A stretch of 62,966 nucleotides of DNA, the filler included, from Licmophora abbreviata (Eukaryota): NCBI GenBank assembly GCA_900291995.1. It is 7 parts of 7 records of this genome, joined end to end, with 100 filler letters (N's around TTAATTAATTAA, not from the genome) between each part and the next. Parts side by side here need not be neighbours in the genome. Positions count along the whole stretch, not along the records: positions 31,956 to 51,760 come from OLMU01002639.1; positions 51,861 to 61,656 come from OLMU01002642.1; 5 more parts are not named here. One strand, 5' to 3'. How positions within the stretch are numbered: the first letter of the stretch is position 1; each line of letters starts with the position of its first letter. Below the pieces are notes generated by a model that was not told where the DNA came from, did no database searches, and saw nothing but the letters and a program-made list of their open reading frames with translations. Shown one piece after another: positions 43,141 through 55,184 of the stretch. Made by a program: the position numbers and the translations under genes.

Positions 43141-44417
43141 ATGAAGGTGGCTATTGTGGCATTGCTGTCCACGTTGGTGGTGGCAAATGGATTCGCTGTC
43201 CGCTCAGGATCATTTGCTCGGCTCTCGAGGTGAGAATGTTTTTAAGGGAATCGCTTCCAAATTTACCTGATGTTGCGGTGTCGTCTGTGGTATGTTCTAT
43301 GTCTGTTTTTCTTACTTTCTTGCTTTCCTTTTGTCGTATCTACAGTCTGCCCATGTCAACAACAGAAGAATCGAAAACAGAAGGCAAAAAAGCTGGTGCC
43401 GATGCTCCTCCCGTCAGCATAGGCTGGAACTCTCACCAGCCGGTCGACCAAGTCCCCGACTCTCTCGTGCGCGAAGGCGACGGACCCGACGGAAACTACC
43501 CTATGCGCGCCAAGTTTGAGAAAATGTGCCGCGAGGCCCAAAAGTCCATCACAAAAGCCATCGAAGAGATCGATGGCGAGGCCAAGTTCCAAGAGGACTG
43601 CTGGACCCGTGCCAACGGCGGGGGCGGCATGTCTCGCGTCATGAGCAACGGAAAGGTATTTGAAAAGGCTGGAGTCAACCTCAGTGTCGTGTATGGTTCC
43701 ATGCCGCAAGAAGCTCTTCAGGCTGCCACGGAGCGAGGTGTGGATCGGAGCAAGGGCATGGCTCCCGGTGAGCGTGTACCCTTCTTTGCCTGCGGTCTCA
43801 GCAGTGTCATGCACCCCAAGAACCCTTTCGCCCCAACTATGCATTTCAACTATCGGTACTTTGAGACAGATGGAGGAGTCTGGTGGTTTGGAGGCGGAAC
43901 CGACATTACGCCCTCGTACATTGACGAGGACGACATGAAACACTTCCACGGAACTTACAAGGAGGTGTGCGACAAGCATGATCCGGACTACTACAAGGAA
44001 TTCAAGGCGTGGGCTGACCGATATTTTGTCATTAATCATCGTAATGAAACCCGCGGCTGTGGTGGAATCTTCTTTGATGACCAGAATGATCGGGATCCGG
44101 ACGAGATCTTTGAGTTTTCAAAGGAGAGCCTCAACTCGGTCGTCAAGGCGTACGGACCGATCGTTGAAAAGCACAAGGACGATCCGTTCACTGAAAAACA
44201 AAAGGAGTGGCAGCTCATTCGGAGAGGACGCTACGTTGAGTTCAACTTGGTATATGATCGTGGAACCGTCTTTGGTTTGAAGACCGGCGGGCGCATTGAA
44301 AGCATTCTCATGAGTCTTCCCGAGACGGCACGATGGGAATACGATAACAAGCCTGAACCCGGGTCTCCCGAGGCCGAGCTTCTGGATGTATGCAAGCACC
44401 CGAGGGACTGGGTGTAA
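43141..44417 (+). CDS. hemF: Oxygen-dependent coproporphyrinogen III oxidase, plastid-targeted (2 exons)
   Basis: Signal peptide MKVAIVALLSTLVVANG|F; intron 43230-43345; FEKAGVN.SVV.G, HPKNPFAPTMHFNYRYF, WWFGGGTDITP, RGCGGIFFDD, RRGRYVEFNLVYDRGT.FGL. Confidence 0.96.
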
Positions 44418-44638
44418 GCCAGTACAGCCATTGGTGAAAGGAATGCGGTTGCAGAGACGATTTTTGTCGTGAAACGATGGTGGTGATAGATAATGCACTA
44501 CAAAATCTCAATTATACGCATATTGTCTCTCTTTTATGATATAACCTTATACCTGCCGCTACAAGCATAGTTCTGTTGAACTGACTCAGCATTCCAGTGA
44601 TGTAAACAGGTATACGGAAGAATGCACACACAATATGT

Positions 44639-46779
44639 TCAAACTTCCTGGAACGGTCTGGTTGCAGAAGAACTCCTTCTGGCCGATCGACTCGGGGCGC
44701 CGGAGCGCCGAGATCGGCTTCGTGTTTCGTTGGAAGAGTCCGCATACTGCCTACGCGGTGCACGAGCTTCGTCGGAGTCCGCCGATGCGAACTTCCCTGA
44801 TGAACGTGGGACGCTCGTACTGCGCCCTCGGCGCCTAGAATCGCCAAGTTCTTGTTCCAGTATGACACTTGTGTCTTCGTTGTTCCCCGCACAAGCAAAG
44901 GATCCTACAAGAGTTTTTGCATGCTGCGCCAGGCCACTAACGGAAGATGCAACAGATCCAGGACCACGCTTCGGGCGCGATGTTTCAAAGGTGTCCTTCA
45001 GACCTTCCATATTGAAATCGACCGGAGGTTTTAGATTGGATGCCCCCGTTCGAGCCTGCTCCATGTACTCTTCACTCTTGCTTTGTTTCATTTTCATGTA
45101 CTTCTGCTTGTAAGCGACGGTACTTTCTTGTGCAGAAGTCAGCTTCTCTTCCCATTCCTGTTTTCAACATCCGAAACGGCAATCGAAAGGTGAGCACGTC
45201 GTTGGCGCAGACAACAGCCAATGAGCCGCAACGAGCCAGAATTTCATCGATCTTACCGCCTTTGCCAATAGGTACTCGCCCTTGAGCTTTCCAAGATTCT
45301 GCTCAAGCTTTTCTTCGTTCTTCATTTGGTTTCTCTGGGCGTCGCTCAGAGCAATCCAGAAGCGCTGCGACACGCTCTGCAACGGCGTATTATCGTACAC
45401 AGGCGCGCCCAAGACTTCCTTCATTTCCTCCACAAGGCTCGCTAGCTCCTCCTCGGAACTCTGAACAACACCAGTCTGTGCACCGGTACTTCCCTGAGAC
45501 GGATGATCCTTGGGCTTGACTAAGACACAATCTCCTCGTTTGCTCGGATCAGGCAGTTTCGGCCCATTTCCTGCTCGAAGTCCCGATCGCAAGACGTCGT
45601 CCATGGCGTACCTCAAAATGGCACACGCACGATCCGGGCTCATACTTTCTGCCCGCGCAATGGACAACTGCAATCGTCCACGATGATCCGAGTCGACCGG
45701 CAACATGGCAGAAGAGCTCTGACAGGCTGCCTCGTACAACTGAAAACACTCAGTATGCTTGTTTGCTTGTCTCAGAGGTGCCCCCTGTCGAATCGCTTCT
45801 GTCAATGCTTCCTTGACATCCGGATCAATGTACTCGTCATGCCTCGACGGAGCACCTTTGGTTGGGGGAGATGCCGCCGGCACAGTGTCGTCAACCGCAA
45901 CGCCCTTTTGCTTGCGCAACTCCTCCATTTCTGCCTCTCTTCGAGACGATTCAAAGGCGGCTCCCTCCATGTGGGCTGCTTCGACGACATGCTGAAAGAG
46001 TTTCTGCACGTCAGCAAATGCATCGATAATTGCCTCGCCCATGACATCGTAGCCCTAAAGCAATTTGAAGACGCGTCAGCAGAGGCAAACTAGCGAAAAG
46101 GCGGCCAGACACACACATTTTTCACTCCACCATGACTTACCTCGTCATAGTGCTCCATCAGTTTTTCCGCAATTGCTAAAAGACCATCTTCATGTCCCGA
46201 TAAGGCGTCCACCAGCAATTCCGGAGTAACAATGGGATTCGCTTCATCTCCAGCGGCCTCGTCCTGCTGCTGCTGTTGCGACCTGGGGGTCCGTGTCGGA
46301 GACGTCCTGCTACGAGGCGTCACCGGCGAGCGCCCGTTACTGGGCTGCTGGTTGAACTCTTTCGGGGAGGACTCGTTGGTACTGTGGCGATAGCCCGACG
46401 ACGGAGGATCAGTCTTGTTGTGACTACGCCTCGTGTCGTGTTCCACGGACGCCATGGCACGTTCTCGCGTCGTCGGACGATTTCCACTACTGCTTGCGAA
46501 CTTTCGTCCCGTCGAGTGACTCCTGGTAGAGGGCGCTGCGTCATTGTCTCCTTCACGAGAAGACGACTTGGCATTGCGCTCTAGCGAGCGGGCCCGCGAC
46601 GGCGTGCCGCCGTTGTTGTTGTTGCTGTCCTCGATGCGGCGATTGTACTCACGTGCGCGTTCCAAGACAGACGAACGCGAAGACTGCGTTGATTTATACG
46701 AGGCGACACTCTTGGATTCACCGCTAGTAATGGTATCTTGTGTCGTCATGTCAGGAGAGGAAACAGGGGGAGATCTCAT
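44639..46779 (-). CDS. Hypothetical protein with disordered ends, helical core and coiled coil (3 exons)
   Basis: Introns 46140-46055 and 45256-45158 (GT-AG) join three ORFs in frame; core VTPELLVDALSGHEDGLLAIAEKLMEHYD.GYD.MGEAIIDAF and AIRQGAPL.....ECFQLYE. Confidence 0.75.
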
Positions 46780-47325
46780 GGTCGGCGGCGCCGTCAAACT
46801 TGAAATGTTTTTTGGCAGGAAGAAAGTGGAAGTGGGTCGTTTTGAGAAGAATGATCCAACGTCTGATGGTACAAAATGTGTAGAATTGCACGTGAGAGGC
46901 CAATGCTCGACATGAATACTAAGGATCCGAATAATGTCAATGCTGCTGTACGGGACCAAACAAAAATTGACGCTTGAACATCACGCCCAGCCGTCTCTAC
47001 ACAGGCCTTTCATGACCATTCCGTTCATCCTTCTTCACACTTGAACACTGCAAGGATTATCTAAAGAGTGCATAGGAATGTTGATCCCTCTCTCATGGCG
47101 GCCGCCATGCACCTTTTCAATCTAGCAAACAAGATTCGATTTATCAGGCATCGACATCATGATACGAATATCATGATACGTCTTAATTAAACCAGCGTCC
47201 GATGTTACGTTTCAGCCCTTTATTTTCCAAACTTCCGAGCGACGCGCGACGATGATGTGATGGCGACCCCATCAGCCATCAGAGCAAATTCTGGACACAT
47301 CAAGCTCATCGTTCATTGTACCACC

Positions 47326-48396
47326 ATGGCTGTCTCATCGAATGTTCCTTACCTAGTGACAAATGGGTGGATATGCTTGATAAGCATCCTCGCAACACAA
47401 TATCCGTTCGAAAAGAGGAAGGCAGTAGCGATGATTGTGACACCACCGACAGCATGTCTCGTCGGAGCGATAGTGGCCTGGTACCATGCCCATCCCGTGC
47501 TGGCATTTGTGTTGATAATGCTTCTACTTATGTTGATAGTCTTCACTCTCAGACTGAGTCACATGGTGATTCAGAATCGGCAACCCGCCTTTCCGGAAGC
47601 GCTTCAGATTCTGCAAGACCGTGCACGGAAAGGATCTGTCCAACGTACTCCCGAGTTTGACATCTATCTGCCCGCTGAGCTCGTTCACTCTACTACTTCA
47701 AATAGATCAACACTACGACAACAGAGCATAGACTGTGCCTTTCTTTTTATTCCGGGCGCTTTGATTGAACCTACCGCGTACGCCGGCATTGCGTCGAAAC
47801 TAGCGGAGGAGGGAATTCTCGTGGTGGTGCAAAATACGGAACCCTTTCGATTGCCGTCAACCCTTGCAGACTGCACAGAAGAATCCATTCGCGACACGAT
47901 GAAGTATGTTCGGGTTGAACTTGGTATTCGGGTCACGGAATGGGCCATTGGAGGCCACAGTATGGGAACAACGGCAGCGGCGTGTCTGACAACTCGAATA
48001 TCGCAAATTCGCAAGCTCGTCTTCTGGGGATCCTGCGTTTTAAAAGGGGTTGACTTGAGCGACGTCCATGACTTATCTGTCTTGATTGTGAATGGCACCA
48101 ACGATGGGTTTTTCACCAGCAAATCTGAAGAAGAACTACAAGATTTTCGAGCAATGTTACCTCCTGAGCACCGACATGATGGCAATAATGGTAGCATGTG
48201 CCGCCGAGCAGGAGGAACTAAGTATCATTTGATAAAAGGTGGAAATCATGCCGGGTTTGCGCATTATGGACCACATACGTTTTCTCGGCAAGATGGCGAG
48301 CGTTCTATCAGTCTCGAAGAGCATCATGGAGAGGCTGTGCAAGTCACGGTCAAGTTTCTGTTGTCATCATCATCCAAGGCGACTAAAAGGGAATAA
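47326..48396 (+). CDS. Alpha/beta hydrolase with N-terminal membrane helices
   Basis: Oxyanion region FIPGAL..P.AY; nucleophile elbow GGHSMG; GTNDG (Asp); IKGGNHAGFAHYG (His); Kozak-like CCACCATGG at the start. Confidence 0.85.
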   Translation: MAVSSNVPYLVTNGWICLISILATQYPFEKRKAVAMIVTPPTACLVGAIVAWYHAHPVLAFVLIMLLLMLIVFTLRLSHMVIQNRQPAFPEALQILQDRARKGSVQRTPEFDIYLPAELVHSTTSNRSTLRQQSIDCAFLFIPGALIEPTAYAGIASKLAEEGILVVVQNTEPFRLPSTLADCTEESIRDTMKYVRVELGIRVTEWAIGGHSMGTTAAACLTTRISQIRKLVFWGSCVLKGVDLSDVHDLSVLIVNGTNDGFFTSKSEEELQDFRAMLPPEHRHDGNNGSMCRRAGGTKYHLIKGGNHAGFAHYGPHTFSRQDGERSISLEEHHGEAVQVTVKFLLSSSSKATKRE

Positions 48397-48756
48397 CTAA
48401 GGTGCGTTTTGTTCAGGAGTTGAAGACGCATCTGAGGTACGAGTATAGATGAGCATATTTCTAGCGAATGAATCATACGTACGTACTTGACGTCTCGTAG
48501 CAATTCGGTTCGAAGCGATGATGGTTACAAAAGAGAGGTAGCGCTGTGTGAGGTCTATGCAACGCAAAATCCAATGAGAAAGTCACAAAAAGATACCTTG
48601 CTGACGTACGTACTTTGCGTAGATTCAGTACGGAATCTCACGTATAGAGGTTGGCATTCCGAAACTCCAAGAGAAAGAACACGCACTCCACGAGCACACA
48701 GGCAACACTGCAATCTAGGTGATCTTGTTGTGGCACTTGTAAGACAAGAGTTTACG

Positions 48757-50478
48757 ATGGTTTTGCGTTCTTCGGTCGTCTTGGTCCTCCCGTCCCTTGT
48801 GACGGGCTTTGTGGCGCCTGGACGCCATGTTCGGTCTCCCATGACGTCGCTGAGCATGTCTGGCGACGAGTTCACTGTTGCAGTGGTGGGAGATCTCCAT
48901 TTGGACCCGCGTAAAATGGAAGACTACAACGAAGGAAAGGACCAGTGGGTGCCCATTCTGGAAGAGGCCAAGAACACGCACGGCAACGCGGCGCTCGTAT
49001 CGCTGGGTGATTTGGGAGAGTCCAAATCTGTGAGGCCGACGGAAACCTCGGAACTCTTCGCAGGAACCACCGAATGCCATGAACTGGCCGCGTCCTACCT
49101 CGGTTCGTTTGGAGTCCCCTACGAAGTCATCGGAGGAAACCACGATCTCGAAGGTCTCGATGAGTTCGAAACGGACGAGGAAAACCTTGAATTGTTTCTA
49201 CGTGCCCACAATAAGCCCACACCCAATTTTTGCCGCGAAATTGCCGACAAGACCTTGCTCGTCGGTCTCAGCTCCACCGTCTTTCGCGATGCTCCCTACA
49301 CGTCGCACGAAGTGACCATCGATGATGTTCAGATTGCCTGGTTCGAACAGCTTCTCAAGGATCACCCCTCGGATGACGGCTGGAAGATGTTCGTCTTCAC
49401 TCACGCCCCTCCGAATGGCTCCGGACTCCGTGTGCTCCAGGAGAATCACGTTGTGAATGGATGCTGCTGGTTGAATCATTCCAACGATAAGAAGTGCCGC
49501 AAGTTTATTGAACTTGTGCGCGAGCACCGGTGCATCAAGGCGTGGTTCTCGGGACACTTCCATCTCGGACAAGATTACATGGACTCCATTACCTTCCCGA
49601 CGATTGATCCCAAGGACGGACCCTACCCAAACCGAGGTTCGTGTGTCTTTGTTCAGACGTCGGTCATGCGAGGAGGAACCTCCCGTGATGGACGCCAGCA
49701 GTCGCGTCTTCTCCGAGGTAACAAGGACGGATTTGAAGTTTGCACCGTCGATCATAAGGACGGCGGAAAGGTCCGTTTGGACGCCACCATTACCTACAGT
49801 GATTGCAACCACGAGGTCGGTGTGTACGCGCACGAGGATGTTGCCGCCAAGGGTGACGAATACTTCAAGGTCTACCAGCCAACGAATGGAGACAGTCTTC
49901 ACCCTCCGGATGACGGTTACATTCAGTACCAGCCCGATGGCCGACTTGTTGTCGACGAAGAGGTTACCAAAGAGACATGCGCTTGGTGGAAACTTTCGTG
50001 TGGCCGCGTTCTTGGCTTGCTCAAGGGTATGCTGATCGAATACGATCCCTCCACCCTAGCCCCGCTTGGACTCGTCGTGGGGGCCGATGAGCTGGTCGGA
50101 AAGCGCGTTGCTGTCATCGATAGCGGTATTGATGAGGAGTGCATCATCTCGGAAGAAGAAGGCATGGAGGGATACGACTGTGGCACGGTCGGGGCTATGC
50201 GCGAGCAGGCTGTGGTCATGTACGACCAAGAGGACGGTTCTGTTGTCGTTGTCCAGCCCAACGAAGACGGTTCGTACTGGCGAAAGATTGTCCGTAACAA
50301 GATGGTGAGGATGAAGGAGGTGCGCCGCGTGAAGGCGGCTCGCGAGTTTGCCATGGAGGTATTGAAACTCGAAGAAGACAATGCCAAGATTGTGTCGTCG
50401 TGGGGGCCGTACACGTCCACGTCGGGTACCGCAAAGTCAACGGGTGTCGCTGGTCTCACAGCCCCTGCGCGTGTGTGA
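48757..50478 (+). CDS. Plastid-targeted calcineurin-like metallophosphoesterase with a C-terminal extension
   Basis: Signal peptide MVLRSSVVLVLPSLVTG|FVAP; metal motifs GDLH, LGD, GGNHD, FTHAP, SGHFH. Confidence 0.88.
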   Translation: MVLRSSVVLVLPSLVTGFVAPGRHVRSPMTSLSMSGDEFTVAVVGDLHLDPRKMEDYNEGKDQWVPILEEAKNTHGNAALVSLGDLGESKSVRPTETSELFAGTTECHELAASYLGSFGVPYEVIGGNHDLEGLDEFETDEENLELFLRAHNKPTPNFCREIADKTLLVGLSSTVFRDAPYTSHEVTIDDVQIAWFEQLLKDHPSDDGWKMFVFTHAPPNGSGLRVLQENHVVNGCCWLNHSNDKKCRKFIELVREHRCIKAWFSGHFHLGQDYMDSITFPTIDPKDGPYPNRGSCVFVQTSVMRGGTSRDGRQQSRLLRGNKDGFEVCTVDHKDGGKVRLDATITYSDCNHEVGVYAHEDVAAKGDEYFKVYQPTNGDSLHPPDDGYIQYQPDGRLVVDEEVTKETCAWWKLSCGRVLGLLKGMLIEYDPSTLAPLGLVVGADELVGKRVAVIDSGIDEECIISEEEGMEGYDCGTVGAMREQAVVMYDQEDGSVVVVQPNEDGSYWRKIVRNKMVRMKEVRRVKAAREFAMEVLKLEEDNAKIVSSWGPYTSTSGTAKSTGVAGLTAPARV

Positions 50479-50548
50479 TCGTTCAAGAGTTTTGGGTCAA
50501 TTCTAGTAGAGAGTAGTCAATCTTAATAGTTCTAGCGATCCCTGAGTA

Positions 50549-51656
50549 TCACATTCGACAAACGCCTCTACCACATAGATGTCTCAGTTCAGTCAGCTTT
50601 GAGCGATCTCGTCGATATCTCTTTTGTTTCTGGTCGTTGGGCTTGGGTCCGTCCGTCAGAAGGAGGATTCTATGAGGTGACTGTGACGGCGCATTCTCCC
50701 AAGCATCCCGAGTCAAAGCGTCGGCTCGTACGCGAAACCCCGCGTCGAGTGTCGCGTTTGGGAAGAATTTCATGCCGACCACGGCCTCTAGATCCGTCCA
50801 CTGCACCAAGTAATTTTCAAGCGAAACCCTCCCCTTGGTCGCTTCTCGATTTGGCATGACAAACGCGGCGAAGCGAACAATCGCGTCGTGGTCGTCAACG
50901 ATAGCTACTACCTTGTACAAGTGTGTCGGCACCGACACCAGAGAGGGGGGAGTTCCTATCGCCTGGTACTGATATTGAAACACGGTATTTCCATTTTCTG
51001 TTTTGGTATACGAGCTCGGAAGCCACAAGGGACCGGAAACGACGTACGTGATCGACTTCGTTTCGTGCCACTCCTTGTCAGCCACGGTGCGTACCCACTC
51101 CTCGAGTTGCGCCCAGGGGCCTCGGTTCATGGATGGCACTTGGGGGGATCACATTCGTCAAGGAGAACGTATCCCGCAAAACACTATCAGGATGATGGAA
51201 ATGAAAATCCGCCACTGGTGCCAAGTGCCCACGATCGTAGCCACTGTTGCGATAGTGCCCATCGCGCGAACGAAACTCGACGGGAAGTGCTGGCTCCTCC
51301 CGAAATCGGTGCCTCCTCGCCGGTGAAGCAGTGTTACTATGATTCTGTCCATCACTGCGTTTGACACCCTCCAATCTTTCCAGAACATAGATCGGTGTTC
51401 TAGTACGGGCGTCATAACCAATCTCCAGGAACGGGTTGGGCTGAAATACAGAGATTGGACTACTTGGTGACATGCTGCTGCTACTGGGCGTATCAGCGCG
51501 GTCTCCTAGACCAATGACGACTCGGTCATGATGGCCATCCTTGCCGTTTCTCTCCTCGGTCTTGGCCTTGGGAATGACACAAGCCAACCCCACTGCACTA
51601 CCGCAAAGGACAATGCTTCTCTGTACAGCTCTGAATTGCATGTACGGCGGAACCAT
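50549..51656 (-). CDS. ENDOG: DNA/RNA non-specific endonuclease (EndoG/Nuc1 family), frameshifted at a G6 run (51142-51147)
   Basis: YD.RTR.P.YVLE.L, YRNSGYDRGHLAP.AD, TFSLTNV.PQ...NRG.W..LEEWVR, VVSGPLWLP, VSVPTHLYKV, AFVMPN, DLEAVVG..FF; the two ORFs join if one base of the run is removed. Confidence 0.88.
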
Positions 51657-51760
51657 TTGCCACGAGGTGCCTCTCTCGCGTGTCGTTCATGATGCTGTGA
51701 TGTGTAGTCGGCGCATCACGTGTGTTGCGACTCGACCAAAAATTCTCCTCCTTTTCGCTG

Positions 51761-51860
51761 NNNNNNNNNNNNNNNNNNNNNNNNNNNNNNNNNNNNNNNN
51801 NNNNTTAATTAATTAANNNNNNNNNNNNNNNNNNNNNNNNNNNNNNNNNNNNNNNNNNNN
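51761..51860. other. Artificial contig linker
   Basis: N44-TTAATTAATTAA-N44. Confidence 0.98.
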
Positions 51861-51938
51861 GCCTGATTATGTTGCGAGCTCCTTTTTTTGGCGCGCCACG
51901 ACAATTATATCAACCGCGCTGCGATCTAGGCGACGACC

Positions 51939-52992
51939 ATGACGATGCGCCGGCTCCCCCCTGCGTCGTCGTCTGCTATTCTCGATTACGGCCATGGCAA
52001 CATTCGTATCCGCCGATGCGGATCGAAGAACAATATTTTGATTGTCGCCTTGAATCGACCCAAAGTTAAGAATGCATTCTCAGATCCTCTGTACCTCGAT
52101 CTGATCGGTGTTCTACAAGACACTGCAGCGGATCCGTCCTTGTCGGCCATCGTCCTGACAGGTACAGGGTCGTACTTCAGTAGCGGTGCGGACCTCAAAG
52201 AAGGGACCTTTATACCGGCAGATGGGTCGAGCCGCGATACGCTGAACTTGCCCGCGGGTCGTTTCATGATGGCCATGCTGGGATTTCCAAAGATCATCTG
52301 TGCTGCCGTCCAAGGGCCTGCAGTGGGGATCGGCGTGACTCTTCTTCTGCATTGCGACTTGTGTTATTGTACTGAGAAAGCGACCTTCTGGGTACCCTTT
52401 ACTCGACTAGCTTTAGGTATGTATATGCGAAGAACGTACAGAACGCTTTTGGGATGGGCCGAACCAGACGTTTTCTCACTCTGCTCATCGCGTTATTGAC
52501 AACCATCGTAGTACCGGAGCTCTGCTCCTCCGTGACCATGTTGGAAACAATGGGACTTTCCAGGGCAAACGAACTCTTACTCCTGGGTAAGAGAATTAAC
52601 GCAGACACTGCTCTTCGGTGGAACATTTGCTCTCAAGTCGTGTCCGGCTGCGATACGAGCGGCGACCCCTTTGATCCCGAAAGTATCGCCAGTCACTTGG
52701 CCGACGAGGTCGACCGTCGTATCTTGTCTCTGCCGCTTGGCGAGGCTACGGCTGGGGTGAGATTGTCCTATGTGTTTGTTCCAACTCGCCAAATAGTGCA
52801 TATAGAGCTAACGACCGTATTATCTCTTCATAGGTGTTTGTATCGATGGTCCGCGCCCCCCGAAAGGCAAGGCTGGAGCAGATCTGTCGACAAGAACTCC
52901 GCAAGCTGGACGAACGTTTCAACAACGGTGAATGCCTCGAGGCCATCATGCAGCTTAAGATTGGGACAAAGAGCGAGCGCAGCAAACTTTGA
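51939..52992 (+). CDS. Peroxisomal enoyl-CoA delta isomerase (crotonase superfamily, ECI2-like), 3 exons
   Basis: LNRPKVKNAF, LTGTGSYFSSGADL, FPK....AVQGPAVGIGVTLLLHCD, PFTRLAL|VPE.CSS; introns 52417-52511 and 52757-52833; ends ...ERSKL* (PTS1). Confidence 0.88.
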
Positions 52993-53065
52993 CTAGAGAA
53001 AAATGCTAGCTTTGTGGAAAACACACAAAACAACGATTGTACAAACCCGTCCTCGAGCGGCATCT

Positions 53066-54787
53066 TCAGTCCCGACGGAAGGGGCGCCGCAGTCGCGATC
53101 CAACCTTGCGCAATCGTTTCTTACTGAGCTGGCGACCGAGACCAAAGATTTCTCGAAAGCTAGACTGGTACAGTTCGATCGTCTCGTCTCGTACCCGCAC
53201 GTCGTTTTGCAAAGCATCTACATTCTGCCTCAGGCTGACAATCACTTCATTCTTCTTGCCAATCTCGGTCGTGTAATTCTTCTCCATCCGTTGTCGCTCC
53301 TCGATAAACTGCTTCTTGGCCAGCTCGTAACTCTCAATTTGGGCTTTCAGGTCCCGGGTTGCTTCCTGAGAGGCAGCAAGGTCGCTTTCTAAGCTTTGGA
53401 TTGTCCCTGTCAGCTCGCCAATCTGAGAAGAGTACTTCTCGGTGAGGTATCTCCGTTCATTTCGAGCGTCGCGCTTGGCTCCTTCGTAGAGATCATTCAT
53501 TTCTGTACGAATCGTTTCGTATCGTTTATTCATCTGTTTGGCCTTCAGTTTACGGTCCCGCACTCCATCGTCAATCTTCTTCTCCAAGACGTCCTTTTCT
53601 TTCTTGAACTGGATCTGCTCTTGTTCAAGCTGGGTCTGCACTTCTGTCAGCTTAGCCTGTTCGGCGACTATGGTGCTCTCAAGACGTTCCTTCGTGCTGG
53701 CAAAACGTTGTTGCTCGACCTCTAGCTGTTTCGACAACACGCCTACTCGCCTCTTTTCCACGCTGATCCGGTCTTCGAGATCCGATTTCACTTGCTCGAA
53801 CAGCTTCCGATCGTTGTAAAGCTGGCGCTCAGCTCTTTGAAGCTTTTCCGTTTCTTGAGCAAGTTGCAGTTCGAGAACGGCTCGCTCTTCCCTGCGAAGA
53901 ACCGATTCCGATGTGAGCTTTGCATCCATATTTCGTAGCTTTTCTTGTTGCACCGACATTTCCTTTCTGAGCTCTCGCTGCGTCTTTTCGAATTCAGACC
54001 GAACTCGTTCCAGCTTCGTCTCAGCTTCTTCGACGCGCGACGTTTCTCTCTCAATTTTTCGTTCAAAGTCGCTCTTCTCCCGCTGGTATTTTTTCTTCTG
54101 GTCTTCAAAGCGGTTCGAAACGTCCACAAGCTTTGCCTTTTCCGCGTCAATCATTTGCGTGAGCTCATCCTTTTCTTTCTCGAAACGCATCTGCTCGAAT
54201 TCCAAAGAATCTTCGGCGTTCAACAAACGTTCTTTGAGCTCATTCGCAACACCCCGCTCCATTTGCAGCTCCTCTTGCGCCTGCTCGAGGGCACTACTGT
54301 AGTTCTTCACATCTTGTTCGAGCTCTTTTTGTCGCTTGAGCGCCTCAGCCTTGGCTTCATCGTCCATCCTTTTCCTACCTCCTCCAGCCATATTGAGGAC
54401 ATCCGTCAGTTCAGTAATCTGCTGCACAAACCGCATCTTTTTCTTGCCCCAGCTTTCCTGGCCGTCCTTGAGCTCTTGCTGCGCAGCGACTAGTTTCTGC
54501 TGTGCCTCCCCCACCATCGATGTCAACTCCTGGATGCGTTCTTCCGATTTGGAAGCTTCCTTATTGGCGATGTCTATGTTTTGCTGCAGATCTTGCATTT
54601 CTTTCTCGTAGCCTTCCTCAATGGTTGTCTCTCTCAGCCGTACTAGTGGCAAGATTTGTGCCGTCGGTGGCGTAAGATAGGACGACGGCGACGACCGAGT
54701 GATGAACGGCGCGAATGCCCTGACATCGCCCAAGATTAACCCAGCGCCAATTGAAAGTAAAATCCGTGTCGCTGAAACGACCCTCAT
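53066..54787 (-). CDS. Plastid-targeted long coiled-coil protein (paralogue A)
   Basis: Signal peptide ending GDVRA|FAP; about 500 aa of E/K/Q/R-rich heptad sequence; basic amphipathic C-terminus. Confidence 0.85.
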   Translation of the reverse strand: MRVVSATRILLSIGAGLILGDVRAFAPFITRSSPSSYLTPPTAQILPLVRLRETTIEEGYEKEMQDLQQNIDIANKEASKSEERIQELTSMVGEAQQKLVAAQQELKDGQESWGKKKMRFVQQITELTDVLNMAGGGRKRMDDEAKAEALKRQKELEQDVKNYSSALEQAQEELQMERGVANELKERLLNAEDSLEFEQMRFEKEKDELTQMIDAEKAKLVDVSNRFEDQKKKYQREKSDFERKIERETSRVEEAETKLERVRSEFEKTQRELRKEMSVQQEKLRNMDAKLTSESVLRREERAVLELQLAQETEKLQRAERQLYNDRKLFEQVKSDLEDRISVEKRRVGVLSKQLEVEQQRFASTKERLESTIVAEQAKLTEVQTQLEQEQIQFKKEKDVLEKKIDDGVRDRKLKAKQMNKRYETIRTEMNDLYEGAKRDARNERRYLTEKYSSQIGELTGTIQSLESDLAASQEATRDLKAQIESYELAKKQFIEERQRMEKNYTTEIGKKNEVIVSLRQNVDALQNDVRVRDETIELYQSSFREIFGLGRQLSKKRLRKVGSRLRRPFRRD

Positions 54788-55184
54788 GATGAACAACCAA
54801 GGCGTGTCAACACCGTGAAGCCACTGCTGATATCACCGCCAGCTATGAGGCTTTACCAGCATGCATCCAGATGATGGGTGCGTACGAACTTTTCTTTGGC
54901 TGTGTCAGCAAAAGACGCGGCGATTTCGGATTTTGAGCCCGCCGACGATGAGATACAGCCCTGTCGTAGAACGCGTACCGCACCCTACATACTGTCACCT
55001 GGAGGACCAAGAGCACTGAAAGGCCCTCATAGCTATCGTAAAGCCATTGACAACCTATCGGAAGTGCAGTAAGTAGAAGTATACAAAAGGCTGAAATCCC
55101 CTTCTTTACCTATTATTTGTCAGAGCGAGCAACACTATACTGACCCCGCTTCCGAAGAAGTGACCGCGGAAGCGTCTAGGACTA

